Made by a program: the position numbers and the translations under genes. A stretch of 64,000 nucleotides of DNA, taken from Setoptus koraiensis (lineage: Eukaryota; Animalia; Arthropoda). The first letter of the stretch is position 1; the number at the start of each line of letters is the position of its first letter. The stretch is from positions 5,208,001 through 5,272,000 of the forward strand of contig CM106585.1 in the NCBI GenBank assembly GCA_048013815.1. Reading direction: 5' to 3'. Under the pieces are notes generated by a model that worked only from the letters and a program-made list of their open reading frames with translations, was not told where the DNA came from and ran no database searches. Shown here piece by piece: positions 36,271-48,870 of this stretch.

Positions 36271-39200
36271 AGCACACAGTAAAGTTAGCTGTATAACTTG
36301 CATAATTTTAACGAGATGCAACGCGCAAAATTCAAGACCGAAATTGGCTTTATGTGCGCAAAATTCCTCTAGAGTCTAGACGCGACCATGAGATTAGACT
36401 CACGATTTTTGGCATTCCAAATGACTAGTGTCTAGAGTTATTCACAAGTTGCGAACGACCAGTCAATGAACAGCCAGAAAAACTCTTGTCGTGAAGTCAC
36501 CTGGTGATATAAGTCGTTTTTTTCACTCTGTTCTTCTCACTCTGTTCTGTATTTCATCGTTGCCCTCGGCTGCTTAATTCACAATTCTCGCCGCGGACTT
36601 CTTGTGTCAGGCGACACAAGTTGTGCCAGCCTGCAGCTTCTCAGAAACAAGTCGCTGACAGTCGGCAAAAAAATCAGTTTCAAAATTTTCTTGTTAACAA
36701 GTCTTTGGTGGTTTGTACCATTGCGCAACAGGATTACCCATTGCATGTTGTGGCCGTATGAGACATGGACAACAACTAATAATAATATTCAAAAAATTTG
36801 CATGGATTTGAGAAAAAGTTGGTCCATGTAAATTAGTTAGATTATATTGTTAGTCTAGGCTCTGTCGTGGCAACTAGACAGAGAAATCGCTGCGAGTCGA
36901 CTATTGCTTCAGAACATGACTTGATAGATGACTTTGACAGGCCCTGGCGTAATTGAGAATTGTAGCGTGCATAGAAACAACCTATCTGATGGGAGTCTAA
37001 TCATCGGATTATGCTCGAGGCGATGTCGGAATTGGCTGCCCGCCAATTTCAAAGACAAGCACTATTTTTCAAGAGTTATTCTTGAAGAAAATAAAGATCG
37101 AGGGAACCTTTCCACATTTTGGGGGAGCACAACCAATGCTCGGGAAGCATTTGCTTCCGGCGGGCAACAAATGAGTTGTAGTTCAATATTCATTGAGACA
37201 ATTATACAATGGAGTACAATTTCATGCTAACAGTACACTTTATTTGTCTATATTTTATGTGCACTCTGTTCCGGGGCCGCAGGATGTCGGACAGCGGGCA
37301 CAAAAGACGGGTTGTCGCCATTCGCCAATAATTGAGGCTCTCGCTGGCCCATAAAAAACTTTCAACAACAACGACAAGAACAACAACAGTGACTACTGGT
37401 GACAGTTTGTGTAGTGTACGCGTCTGGGCCGTTTCATCAACGTTTTGTATCACAGAAAGTATACATGATAGAAGTATATTTCATCGACAGTATATTTAAT
37501 TTATGGGTACATGGTGCATTTTATATGAACATACAAGGCATCTCCAACGAGCAAATTGTTCTTGAGTATAACTAGGTTATCCGTTTCAAATAGAGGACAT
37601 GAATCTAACATGAATTGAGAGACACTGACTACCGGACATTGTCACAGGCGTGCAATGTTCTACTATTTGCATTCAATTTATAGCAAGTATCTTCGATCTT
37701 GTTCTAATCTATTTCGAAACGATCATAAATGCGTTTAGTTTGTTTTAACGATTTAGTATAAGCTATTGATGGTTGCTTTATCGTTTCACTTGCCACGACT
37801 GTTTTAGATTCGTCAACTTCATTCGACGAACTATCTCTCTCTAACAGTGAACTCTCTACATGAGACAAATCGTTAATGGCTTTAGAAATGGCAGAGTTAT
37901 ATTATCCACGTAAACATCATTTTAAAATATTTACTTTGTTAGTTGACGATATCAATTGACTTGAAGGTAGATTTGTCGACAGCAATGTTGGTGCCTTGAT
38001 AAGAGTGGGAGATGATGACTTTATTGCTGGTATGATGGAACTTTAGACAGACAATCGGTCAGTCTAAATCAGATGAAACATACTGGTGTAAGCTGATCAG
38101 GAGGCCTCTTTTAGCTACATTTGCGTATAGAGACAGAGGGAGAATTGATTGTTGCAACAATCTAGTCAGAACGAGATTCTTTTTTAGAATTGTTGCAAGA
38201 ATCATTGCAAGAATTGTTGCTTCCATTATTTATAGTTGATGATGTCTCGTGACTGTTTTTTCTTCGAGATAAATTCACTCGATAGAGAGAAATTCGATGT
38301 GGACATGTAGAATAGTTTCAGCCCATACGGCATTAGCGTGCCTGTATAAAACAGCGCTAATCCCTAGTTAAAGCATAAAATTGTCAACATTAATATTTAG
38401 GTGACCATACAATCGATAAAGCGATTCAGTCAGCTCCTCTTTTGTAACACATGATTGGGATACAGAAGAGAAGAACTGAAAAGAGGCGGACAACCATACA
38501 TTTCCAAACATCCATCGCATCTCTCGTTTGTAAAACAAACGATGTCCAGTGATGATGTCCAGATTTAGTTCTTGATTTTTATAATTGACGGAGAATTGTT
38601 TCAACCTTTCAAGACATGGAAATATTACTAAATAATTACTGAGTTGTGGACTAGCACAGATTAGCTTATTTGGATATTCTATCATTGAGCATAGTTCACT
38701 ATAGGAGAAATATGGTCATTTGCGCCTGACAACGCGAACTCTATGGTCGATCCTAGAGGACTTTATCCAGCGCAGCCCATTACAGCAGAGGTTTGTTCGT
38801 CAAAGGGCCGAGCTAACTCCTCTAAGATGGAGATAGAGCATCTAGTATTCCGGTGGAAACTCAATGCTTCAAACCACTTTCAACCGTCTCGACCGTATCG
38901 ACCATTTCGATCATTTCGTCCAACTTTGATTCTTCTCGCTAGCTTTGGATTGATCGGTGGATGTTGATTGCTTCAAACTAACAAAGTCCCAATTGTGAGT
39001 CACTGGTATTGAAAGATCGAATCAAAGCGGGCCAAATGGGCAAGTGGGCTGCATGTCGGGAACGAGCGAATGACGACGAACGACAACGACAGTTTTGTCA
39101 TATTCATATTTGCGAGTAATATTTTACTTCGATTATCGCAGTTATATTGTCATGCTCATTTAACAACTGTCATTGATTACTACTATCAGTTTAATATATA

Positions 39201-41229
39201 AATATATTATAGGCCCAGTTGGGCCCTGACATGGGACCGAATGTGTATTGCCGTGCGACAACTTATCGTTGTTGTCACTTATTATTGCGCAACGAACAGT
39301 TGGCAATTCTAATTGAGCGGTAATAGTTGTCATAACGTGTGCCGACAGACGAATGAAATTGTCTGACAGAGCCTGACAAAACGAAATGAATTTTGTTTTG
39401 CCGTTTTGTCCTACTCTTGTCGTGCTCTCTTTCTATAAATTCATATTATCTCAAGTGTGACCCCTGCTCAGTGCTAGTTAAATAACACGCACACACCACG
39501 GGGACCCAAACAACCAGACAGATTTGATCAAAGCCTAGTGGCAATACCATTGATCAACCGATCACCACGGTGACAAATTTACATCATGGCGCACCCAATT
39601 GATTCATTCTTTCTGTCATGTTCACTGACAATTGGTGAGAGCTCTCCAATGATGTGACGATGAAACAACGAGCTATTTTCACTAATAATATTATAATATT
39701 ACCGCTTGCTCGTATGATTTGACGTGTGAGCATGATCATTTTGATTCGATTGTCTTTTCACGATGACATCATCGCTGTCACTGAAACTGGCACCCAAGTG
39801 TGCCAGTTGACCAAATGCGTCGGAATAGAGCGCACCCACATCGAAGATTCAAGCACCGCACATCAGCAAACAACCATTGAGCCATTGATCCAGTGTCTCT
39901 GCCAGTCTCGGTTAGTGCCCTCACCAATCAAGCAAACAAGAGAGTCAGTTACACAGAAATATGCTGCTTGGTGATATATTGCTGCCCAGCAGCCAACCAC
40001 ACCAGCTATCCCCAGGTAGGATATCTCTATGTCACTGGCTCGCGAACCATCTCGTCATTCGGCAGTCCGTTAGGGCCACGATCACATAACTCTCATTGAC
40101 ACGCCAAACCGACAACTACATGAGATTTATAGACAACAACATATAATATAGGTTAAAGTATTCGTTAGTGAAACTCACTGCCAGTTGTAAGTGAGTGCGC
40201 CAACTTTGCAACAAATTTGAAGTTCATGCATTTTAGCTGTCGAGCTCACTAATGAACTCCTTTGCCCACCAGCTAGAATCATGGACCTCAAGTTTGTTGC
40301 AGCCAGTAAATCCAACCACATATATTGACCATGATCATCATTATTGGCCACATGCATGGTAAGTTGTCTTCTGTTGACCACCGTCTTGTTAGGTGAGCTC
40401 ATTCGCTGTCAGGTAAGCAAATAAGCTTCTAAACAGCGCCAGGTAAGCGAAACGAGCACGATGAGTTTAATTCCGATGGAGCCACTTGCGATCCTTCAAT
40501 CGCGCGTCTTTTATTATTTTTTGTGTGTGTTTAATTCTATAGTTATTCAAAAATGCGTCAACTTAAAAGAAAAAAATTAACCTTGTACATTTTCACAGTG
40601 AAATGGATAGAACCCAAAGAGAAAAATCAGCAAAAAAGAGCGTGGCTCGTGCACGTTAAACCGGAAACAGAAATAAACCACATTTCACCAGAACGATCTT
40701 CCCGATCATGCCATATTTTTGAAAATTGAAGCCCCAGAATAAAAAAGCCCGAGATGTAACAACCCCTTTGTAATCTAGTGCTCTCCTTATTCAATGTCCT
40801 ATATTATTAGCAGCATGCATACAGTAACAAAACAACAACAAAATTGCATGTTTTTCTAAACTGTAGTGATGAAACGCCTAGTGAAACAATGGATTGTGTT
40901 GGAGTTGCTCTCAGCATCTTGTGGACTGGTTGATGTCAAAATTGTGTTGGGACAATTACATGTCACCACATAGTCGTCCTCTCACAACCCATAGGTCCCC
41001 TTAACTGCGCTCTACCCATCGAGCAGCGCCGGCTGAAATGAGCCTCTCTACTCATAGCCGCTCTACTACGTGTCTCTTTGATCGATTGTCGTACAGTCAT
41101 TGTACGATCATATGTGTCCGTTAGTTTTGGCCAATATTTATATACAATGTCACAATTAAAGATGAAGAGAAAATTGGGCCTCACCAAACACCTAATTGTC
41201 AAACAATACCTATGGGATCGTGTAATTTA

Positions 41230-44200
41230 TTACTCTAACGCGATTTGTTCACTTTCTTCGTTCCTCCTAGACCATTCAATCAGCATCTCAGGCGATCTAT
41301 AAAGGAACAATAACTTTGAGAACAACTTCTCTTCTAGCTCGAACTGTCCGCACTCTCTCATCATGTATATGTCCATGATAAGTCCATATATTCTGTCTAC
41401 GTGAGGTATCTCCGAATAGATGACCTTACCGGATGGCTCTGTTCTTATGAGACGCGCGAAGAACACCACGAAGGTGGTATAAAGACCAATGATACCTGGC
41501 GCAGATAGAACAGCTAATATTCCTGTAAATATGCGATCGTTAAATGCTACAATCAACAAGCCACTGCAATGAGGAACTGCTGTCTCGCTCCAGAATGAAA
41601 AGGCGTCGGAATCATTTTGAAACTTGCACGGATCACTTGCCTGCCACCACGAAGTTGAACTGTCTGTTAAGTTTGTAGTCGGGTCAAATAATCTGATGTA
41701 GGATAATACTAAAGGTCTCATGGCTCCTGAGATGTTTTGATTGTTACTTATGTCATCCAGTTGGGTGGCTACTGTAGCTTGGCCAGATTCTGGTACACGA
41801 ATGAATTTCGGAAATATCGGTGGTGTCGTGACATTTACTGTGTTGTTCTCAGAGTCGGCCGATGTTGATGAATTGACTAGCATTTGTGCCAATTTAGTTC
41901 GAAATTCCAATATTGTATTATCTTGACTGTTATTCAATGCTAATGAATATGAACCAGCGATAGATATATCAATATTCTGAGATTTCTGTTTTTTGATTCT
42001 ATAAAAAGTCCAAGTAGATTTAAGAACAAGAGTGTCGTTCGATTTTATGTTTTCAATCAAACGCTTTTTGCTTGGCAAGGATATGCCCCAATCAGCTATT
42101 GATTGCCCATCCAACTGAATATAAGTCACGTCACCCACTTTGTAGTCACTCAAGAAACCTTGTGCTGCCAGTGAATCCTTAGCTTCTTTTAGTTGATTGT
42201 AATGTTCAGATGAAAGCGGTTTGATTGATTCTGTAGTAGCCCTCATGCGAATTATTGGTTGATATCCGACAAATTCTAATTCAAATTCCATCTCAATGGG
42301 AGGATTGCTCTCTCCAACTGATTTACCCATGGAGAATAGCAGAAGTGGCCCCCAAATTATCGCCAATATCAGCAGTATGAAAGAACCACCAGTGAGATAT
42401 TTCGACAGATCCGGTTGTGGTCTGGCTTTTGGTCTTGGGTATTCTTCTTCTAGTGTTAATTCGCACTTTCTTATGAACAGATTGGCAAACATATCTTCCA
42501 TTATTGCCCAATTTCTAAACTCCAAAGTTGTTTTGGTCCAAATCCAATCCATATACAATCTAAGATCATAGACGAGCGGGATGGCCCGATAAACTTTGAA
42601 GGCGCCCCAGTTTGTGTAACCGTAGCCTTTTGTAAAACAGTTTCCAAGAACCCGCTTAGGGTATCCACATCTTATCTGGTGTGCAGATAGCAAAAAGTAA
42701 ATACATTTGAATATATACCAAGCCTTGGGGGGCCAAGCTTGTTTCATTGTGGCAGAATGTCCGACTACGAATGGTAGTGCAAAAAATAACCAAAAGTGGA
42801 CGATGAAAATGAGTATAACCTGGAAGACCAATTTCGCTCCAATTTTCCTCTTTAGGTAGAACGCTCTGTCGAATATGATCGAGGCAAATTGAGCTAATAG
42901 CATGATAAGTACTGAGAAAGGTATTCTATTCTCGTCCAAAAAGCTGGTCACTGATTGATTTGTGTAAGCTCCTCCAAAAGCCCAAAATCCATATATTAGG
43001 ATTAGGAAATTGATGAAATCGCATAGAAACATCCAAGTGTAAACATCTGTTTGCACTCTGTATGGAGTGTTGAGAACATGTCGGAAGAAGGCCCCAATTG
43101 ATCTGGCCGAACGACTATAAGCTCTGGTGCAACAAGTACAACAAGAACTACAACACAATGAGTATTTGCGAAATTTTCTTCCAACGTCGTTCTTTTCAAG
43201 GTCTATCTCAGTAATGATGAAATCTTCATGCTGATAGGAATGCAAATGATCTGCGTCCTCACTATTCATAGCTATTTGCTGAATTTCAATCTGAGCATCT
43301 TCGGTCAATCGAACACTAGGAGATGGTTGTTCCATAAAATTCTGCACATTTGGACTAGATTGTGTCATCGGGCTCCTCGGTTTGCCGTCTTCAATGCTCA
43401 TCCCGTTCCACGAATCTCCACCCAGAGGCTCTGAGGCTGACCTCACATCGCCAATAGGAGGTGAAACGCTCATGTTATCTATGGCCAATGTTGAGGCACT
43501 TGTTGTTGTAGCATCCCATTGACCCAGGCTTTTAAGCATCGATCTATGAAAGAACAATGCTATTAGCAGAAACAAATCGTATGATATTGTTACATCTTTC
43601 ACACCGAACAAGGTTGGAAAATATAAAGGATTTGTGTTCGTGTAACTCCAGTTCCAAAGGGGAAACTGGAACACATATTTGACGACAATAACAATCTCTG
43701 TATAAGTTATGACAGTCTTCCAGAAGCGCTGGGTTGGTCTTGGCACACTCAGTGTTCCCCATAAGAACGTCAATAGTGGCAATGGAAGTGATAGGAGGCT
43801 CGATGTCACTAATTGATTCAAAATGATGATGATGTGACATAATAATGATGTGTTGGATATGAACAGATAACCTATGGCCCTGAGAAATTGAGTTGATATA
43901 TTAGTTTTTAGGAAGTGATACTCAGAATCGATAGATTCGAGAGGTGAGTTCTTGTCAGGCGAGCTTGCCCTCGAGGCAAATGTCACTTGAGGGGGTTGAC
44001 TAGATGCTGCGAAAGCCATCTGTTTAACTGCGGTGGTGCGATTATATGTTTCAGAAATTTTACTGATGACCACTTGTCGCCATAACGGATCGGACTTGAA
44101 TCGTGGATCCGACAGGTCAAATTGAGTTTTAAGAGTGGTCTTCTCCACTGCCATTCGTCTAGACACATAACGGTAGCTCCGGGATGCTTTGTTCAGAGCA

Positions 44201-46902
44201 ACTGTGGCACTTAGCAGACAACTATATATCAGTAGATTTAAAGTAGAGCAAAATCCTGTTGTGCTTTCATCGGTTTGATTGGCATGGTCATCAGTGCCTG
44301 GTTCTCCATCTGTAATGGGAGATTTAACTTGTTTGGTCAAATCCTGAGAGACATTGTTGTCCTTCCAATCAACTGTTTCATCAGCATCGCCAGCATCACT
44401 TCTCACAGAGCCTGGTGTATTTGGCGACGATGTGAAGCTATTTTGATGTGATGTAGGACCACTAGTCTGTTTGTACAGTTCTTGTCCTCTCATGTAGCGA
44501 CTAAATACTGCGTTAATACCATTGAGTTTTGCCATCCTCTCTAGTTCATCACCTATCGGATCTGGCACGAATTGCTCTTGTCTCGAGTTGAAGTAATTCT
44601 CGTTGTAGCTCACTGGAGTATAATTCAAACTTTCAAAGAGATGCTTATCTGCATTTCTTATTATCTGATGATGATGGGGCAACGTCATTAAAGTTCTCCA
44701 AGCCTCCGAGTTTGTCTGGTCAAATTTCAGATTCTCCATCTTCGCCTTTATGCTCTTCATCACCTCTTTTTCGACGGCCGCTTGCGCTTTCGCCTCTTCC
44801 ATTTGTGTGGCTAAAATCAACTCAGCTCCCCTAGAGGCTAATATCTTTTGAGCTTTGACTTCTTGTACAAGCTGGAGGAAATATTGACTTCCAAATACTA
44901 TTCGTTGAATCAACAAGAACAGCAGACATACACCATCCCATAGAAGATCAGATCCCTCATTTGGTAAAGAAGAGCATTGTGCTTGTTGCGCTGGTTGAAA
45001 TTTCTTGTAGCAGACAACTCTTAGCAGTTGCAATATATAGCAATTTGATAGGAGACTGTCGTAGTAATAACAAACAAATAACTGTAGGACTGTCTTGGCT
45101 GTGAGCACAAAAGTCACATAAAATATAAACCAATTCCAACGATTAATCAATTTTCTTGTTGGCATCAAATAGGCATCGTTTCCAAGCCATAAAAATATGA
45201 AACACCCTATGAGGTATCCCAATGAAAATAAGCTCACTTTTGTCGCACCAGCTACCAAAACTGCCGCCAATGTTATCCAATATATCGACATGAAGAAAGC
45301 TGACTTGAGAAAGTTATTTGGCGTGTTGAAGTTGGTGAAGCAATCCTCAGCTCGATATTCATCTGGACCAGGAAGATACGTGCTAAAAAATTGGCCAAGT
45401 TCATCATGGCGCTCGGGTTGATAGCCACGGGTACTGGACTGGTTGATACTTGTTGGTCTTGTGTTTTTGAACACTATCATTTGGCGACAGGCAGCTAAAA
45501 AGATCAAAAAATCGAAATACAAAAGATAAACTTGAGGATTGTTGTTGTAGTCAGATAGATATAACCATTGTCTAAAGTCCGCATTAATTTGATGCCAAGG
45601 GTAGGCTCTGCACAATAGTTTGGGAAATCCAAGCGCCAAAATGTACTGAACCGGTATGATAACACTCATCAAACATTGGAATAAAGGCCAGACTTTTGCA
45701 CAAAAATGTCTTGACGAAGAGGTGAATATAACTAGACATAGGCCATATAAGAAAGCTACAACATCTAGTCTGTTTGAAATGGCAAGCACGAGCGCCAGGC
45801 AGTTGAGTTCCAAACCAAATTTGTAAAATCCAACATTAAGAAAGTACATCAAGCTATTGATGATACTCTTATCTGCTTCCCTTCTTCCTATATTCTTGAA
45901 TATTATACCAAAGTTTAGTTCGATTTGGTCTAGAGTTGTTGGTTGGCGTCGCATTCGATGAATATCAATGAAAGAGTATATGGTTGTTAGGACTAGAACA
46001 ATAAGATATTGATAGATGTTGCTCAGCATGTATGTATCGGCGCCTTTGAAACCAATATAGTCAACCAAGCTATTAACGACACCTGTTGGTGGTGCCCCAG
46101 GTATAACTGGACATGTGGATGTAACATCAAGATTTGTGAAAATTGTCAATCTGTATGTCATTCTAGAGATTATAATGAGCCCACTGAGCAGCGAAGACAA
46201 CCGGGCCGTACATCTCTCCAGGGACGGGTATCGCAGAGCTAGTATTACTAGGAATACAAATGGTACATTGATGAGGCTTAAATCCGTTGTGGCCAATCTG
46301 AATACAAAGAAAAATGTTACTTTGATGTAATGCGTCTCTAATATTCTCCAAAGGCAATCACAAACTTTATCAATCTTGGAAACTTTATGATGTATTGAGT
46401 GTGACGAGTTCGCCGATGTCAATGGGGCGTCTAAATTTGGGTCCTCGTATTCATTGGCCAAATAGGCTAACCTTGTCAGGTCGTAATGAAAATACTTGAG
46501 ATATATGCATATGCAAGTTATAAATACCAATGGTACAAATAGTTGAAATAAAAGAGTTCCATAGCCGGACAATGTAGTTAGTCCTATATCGGCTATAAGA
46601 TTGTTTGGTAGTATAGATTTCCAGAAGGTCTCCCCAGTGGAATATTGGTAACTATATAGAGCTGTTATCACAATTGTAGAAAATAATATCAATAAAATGC
46701 AAAACAATTTAACAAATCTGGCCCAAATCCTGTATGATAATTGAAATAATAATAGAAAGGTAATGAAAAATATCATATAAACAATTCCGATAATATCTCC
46801 AGGGTGGACAGTTAATGTGATAGTGAGAGCCAATAAAGCTATAGTCCATATACAAAAATGAGCAGCTAATATGCGTTTCCTAACCATCCAATCGGAGGCC
46901 AT
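41230..46902 (-). CDS. Piezo: Piezo mechanosensitive channel, single exon, 1890 aa, beginning at THU4
   Basis: GFYKFGLE, TDVYTWMFLCDF, MDWIWTKTTL...EDMFANLF.RKC, KYLTGG, WGPLLLFS, GIIGLY, DRI...DIYMMRE and LLFLYRSPE. Confidence 0.97.
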   Translation of the reverse strand: MASDWMVRKRILAAHFCIWTIALLALTITLTVHPGDIIGIVYMIFFITFLLLFQLSYRIWARFVKLFCILLILFSTIVITALYSYQYSTGETFWKSILPNNLIADIGLTTLSGYGTLLFQLFVPLVFITCICIYLKYFHYDLTRLAYLANEYEDPNLDAPLTSANSSHSIHHKVSKIDKVCDCLWRILETHYIKVTFFFVFRLATTDLSLINVPFVFLVILALRYPSLERCTARLSSLLSGLIIISRMTYRLTIFTNLDVTSTCPVIPGAPPTGVVNSLVDYIGFKGADTYMLSNIYQYLIVLVLTTIYSFIDIHRMRRQPTTLDQIELNFGIIFKNIGRREADKSIINSLMYFLNVGFYKFGLELNCLALVLAISNRLDVVAFLYGLCLVIFTSSSRHFCAKVWPLFQCLMSVIIPVQYILALGFPKLLCRAYPWHQINADFRQWLYLSDYNNNPQVYLLYFDFLIFLAACRQMIVFKNTRPTSINQSSTRGYQPERHDELGQFFSTYLPGPDEYRAEDCFTNFNTPNNFLKSAFFMSIYWITLAAVLVAGATKVSLFSLGYLIGCFIFLWLGNDAYLMPTRKLINRWNWFIFYVTFVLTAKTVLQLFVCYYYDSLLSNCYILQLLRVVCYKKFQPAQQAQCSSLPNEGSDLLWDGVCLLFLLIQRIVFGSQYFLQLVQEVKAQKILASRGAELILATQMEEAKAQAAVEKEVMKSIKAKMENLKFDQTNSEAWRTLMTLPHHHQIIRNADKHLFESLNYTPVSYNENYFNSRQEQFVPDPIGDELERMAKLNGINAVFSRYMRGQELYKQTSGPTSHQNSFTSSPNTPGSVRSDAGDADETVDWKDNNVSQDLTKQVKSPITDGEPGTDDHANQTDESTTGFCSTLNLLIYSCLLSATVALNKASRSYRYVSRRMAVEKTTLKTQFDLSDPRFKSDPLWRQVVISKISETYNRTTAVKQMAFAASSQPPQVTFASRASSPDKNSPLESIDSEYHFLKTNISTQFLRAIGYLFISNTSLLCHIIIILNQLVTSSLLSLPLPLLTFLWGTLSVPRPTQRFWKTVITYTEIVIVVKYVFQFPLWNWSYTNTNPLYFPTLFGVKDVTISYDLFLLIALFFHRSMLKSLGQWDATTTSASTLAIDNMSVSPPIGDVRSASEPLGGDSWNGMSIEDGKPRSPMTQSSPNVQNFMEQPSPSVRLTEDAQIEIQQIAMNSEDADHLHSYQHEDFIITEIDLEKNDVGRKFRKYSLCCSSCCTCCTRAYSRSARSIGAFFRHVLNTPYRVQTDVYTWMFLCDFINFLILIYGFWAFGGAYTNQSVTSFLDENRIPFSVLIMLLAQFASIIFDRAFYLKRKIGAKLVFQVILIFIVHFWLFFALPFVVGHSATMKQAWPPKAWYIFKCIYFLLSAHQIRCGYPKRVLGNCFTKGYGYTNWGAFKVYRAIPLVYDLRLYMDWIWTKTTLEFRNWAIMEDMFANLFIRKCELTLEEEYPRPKARPQPDLSKYLTGGSFILLILAIIWGPLLLFSMGKSVGESNPPIEMEFELEFVGYQPIIRMRATTESIKPLSSEHYNQLKEAKDSLAAQGFLSDYKVGDVTYIQLDGQSIADWGISLPSKKRLIENIKSNDTLVLKSTWTFYRIKKQKSQNIDISIAGSYSLALNNSQDNTILEFRTKLAQMLVNSSTSADSENNTVNVTTPPIFPKFIRVPESGQATVATQLDDISNNQNISGAMRPLVLSYIRLFDPTTNLTDSSTSWWQASDPCKFQNDSDAFSFWSETAVPHCSGLLIVAFNDRIFTGILAVLSAPGIIGLYTTFVVFFARLIRTEPSGKVIYSEIPHVDRIYGLIMDIYMMRECGQFELEEKLFSKLLFLYRSPEMLIEWSRRNEESEQIALE

Positions 46903-48689
46903 GATTCTGCTGGTTATATTAGTAATAATAATAATAACAGTATTTGCTTATGGACAACCACGATAATAATATTATGATTATATTGGCGATAGTGATTATT
47001 ACGATGATTGTGAAGATTGAACACTTTCATCTGGGGGCAACTGGTTGTTGATATTATATAAATATATGGTGTTTAGGTTGCTACGTGTCTAGAAATTGAT
47101 TGATTGTGGTTATCCGGCTTGTTCAATATGTCTCTGTTCATCACCAGTAGAAATTCATATATTGTAAGTACATTGTAATGATGATAGTGATGATGATAAT
47201 AATAATAATAGTAATAAGATTAATAATGATAGCTGTTGTTTATCAAGATGATGACATTCAATAGTCACGATTGTCTGTTACTCGCAACCCCATGCAATCT
47301 ATGTGATGTCGCTAGTTTTCGTGAAAAACATAGACATGACTAATCATTAGTAGACGACATTAATAATGTGGTAGAAGAAAAAATTTTGTAAACACTTCAA
47401 GTTACATTCGCTCGCAGTTTGATCACCTTTGATGCTTCTTTTTTGATACTGCTTGCACTGCTGATGAACTGATAATTTAATTCGTGTTATCAATATTGAA
47501 TAATAATATTATCATATTATGATTCCTATTTAATTAATAATAATTTCTACAAATTCTAGTAGAGTTTTTAGCCGAACTGGCAGCGGTATATTTGATGCAG
47601 CGGCAACTCAACAACAACAACAACAATTGGATATTGTGAATACCATGCCACTGCTACAATATGATGGTGGTATGCTTAATGTCACTTGTGTGCTCACTCT
47701 TTTTTGTCTGTATGTCTGTCATACGATATATACCGTATATAATATACCTCGATGTATCAACTACATACTGCATTGTAAATTATAATACAGTATTGCTAAA
47801 TTTATGTTGCCTCATAGAGTAGATATTCTGTATATTGGCAGCAACAACTGTACTAATAATATACTTTATACCGCAGTATAATGACTTGTGATAAATCTGT
47901 ATCATCTAGTCGGCATAACAACATTTTCGCTAACAATATAAACAGACATGCACTCGATATACGGTGCAGAACATGCAAGAAAAAATCGGGCTTCGATCAA
48001 CAGTCTTTGATGCTACCATTGATTCACCGGTGCGGATATTAATAGTTTCTCTACTCTGCACCAATATACCCCTCCATCTCTCCGTGCAACTTGACTGTTG
48101 GTGCGAATAATTTACATTGCATCAGAACTGCTTTATCGATTTGAACTTCAGCATCATCCTTCATACTCAGAATTCATTTCACCAACGGCCTTGCCACTTG
48201 GGATATTCGTTTCTTTTCATATTCTCACAATAGATATGATTGCAAACATTGGCTGCCTTCTATCATCTCATTTACCTTTAGCGAACTTTATTCCTCGTAC
48301 GATTCAAAGACACCAGATTTACCCTCGAAATTGATCTGATTATCGGCAAAGCGGAAGTCTTCAAGTGATGAGCGGCTTCACCGAGATCTGATTACCGGAA
48401 CCACAGCGAGTTTTTTTGTTTGATATTCCACCAAGTTCAATTCAACAATAAACGATACACAATAATCTAATCAACGACTCATTTCTCACAACTAACTGAG
48501 GTAATAATAAGTTTCTATTGCCGCCCGACAGACGCATGCGTGAATGACGTTGAATCTGGATTGATACATCACGTAAATGATTCACAAAATATGGCGTCTT
48601 TTGCATGATATAAGTATCCATATGCACCGTTATGAGCATTAACAATTCATGAATCTCGTCCCGTTATGAGATATTTTTTCTATCCCGTT

Positions 48690-48703
48690 GTTTTTGCGGC
48701 AAC
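48690..48703. promoter_or_regulatory. Degenerate X-box-like motif upstream of CIB
   Basis: GTTTTTGCGGCAAC has a perfect GGCAAC half site but central GC instead of AT. It lies ~175 bp before the CIB ATG. Confidence 0.35.
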
Positions 48704-48870
48704 GCCCATGCCGAATAACGGCTTTAGTAAGAGTGACCCTATGGACCAGGTCACATCATAGTTGCTTAATCTACTTGCACATCGTTGAGTCGTTTAACTC
48801 GTCGCCGTTTATAGGGACAGATGGTTCGCAAAATAGTTATTGCAGTCAGTTCAGAGAGAAAACAAAGAAA

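Noticed and set aside
38368-38685. 105-aa minus-strand ORF as a possible transposon remnant
   Set aside because: No transposase, reverse transcriptase or integrase motif recognised.
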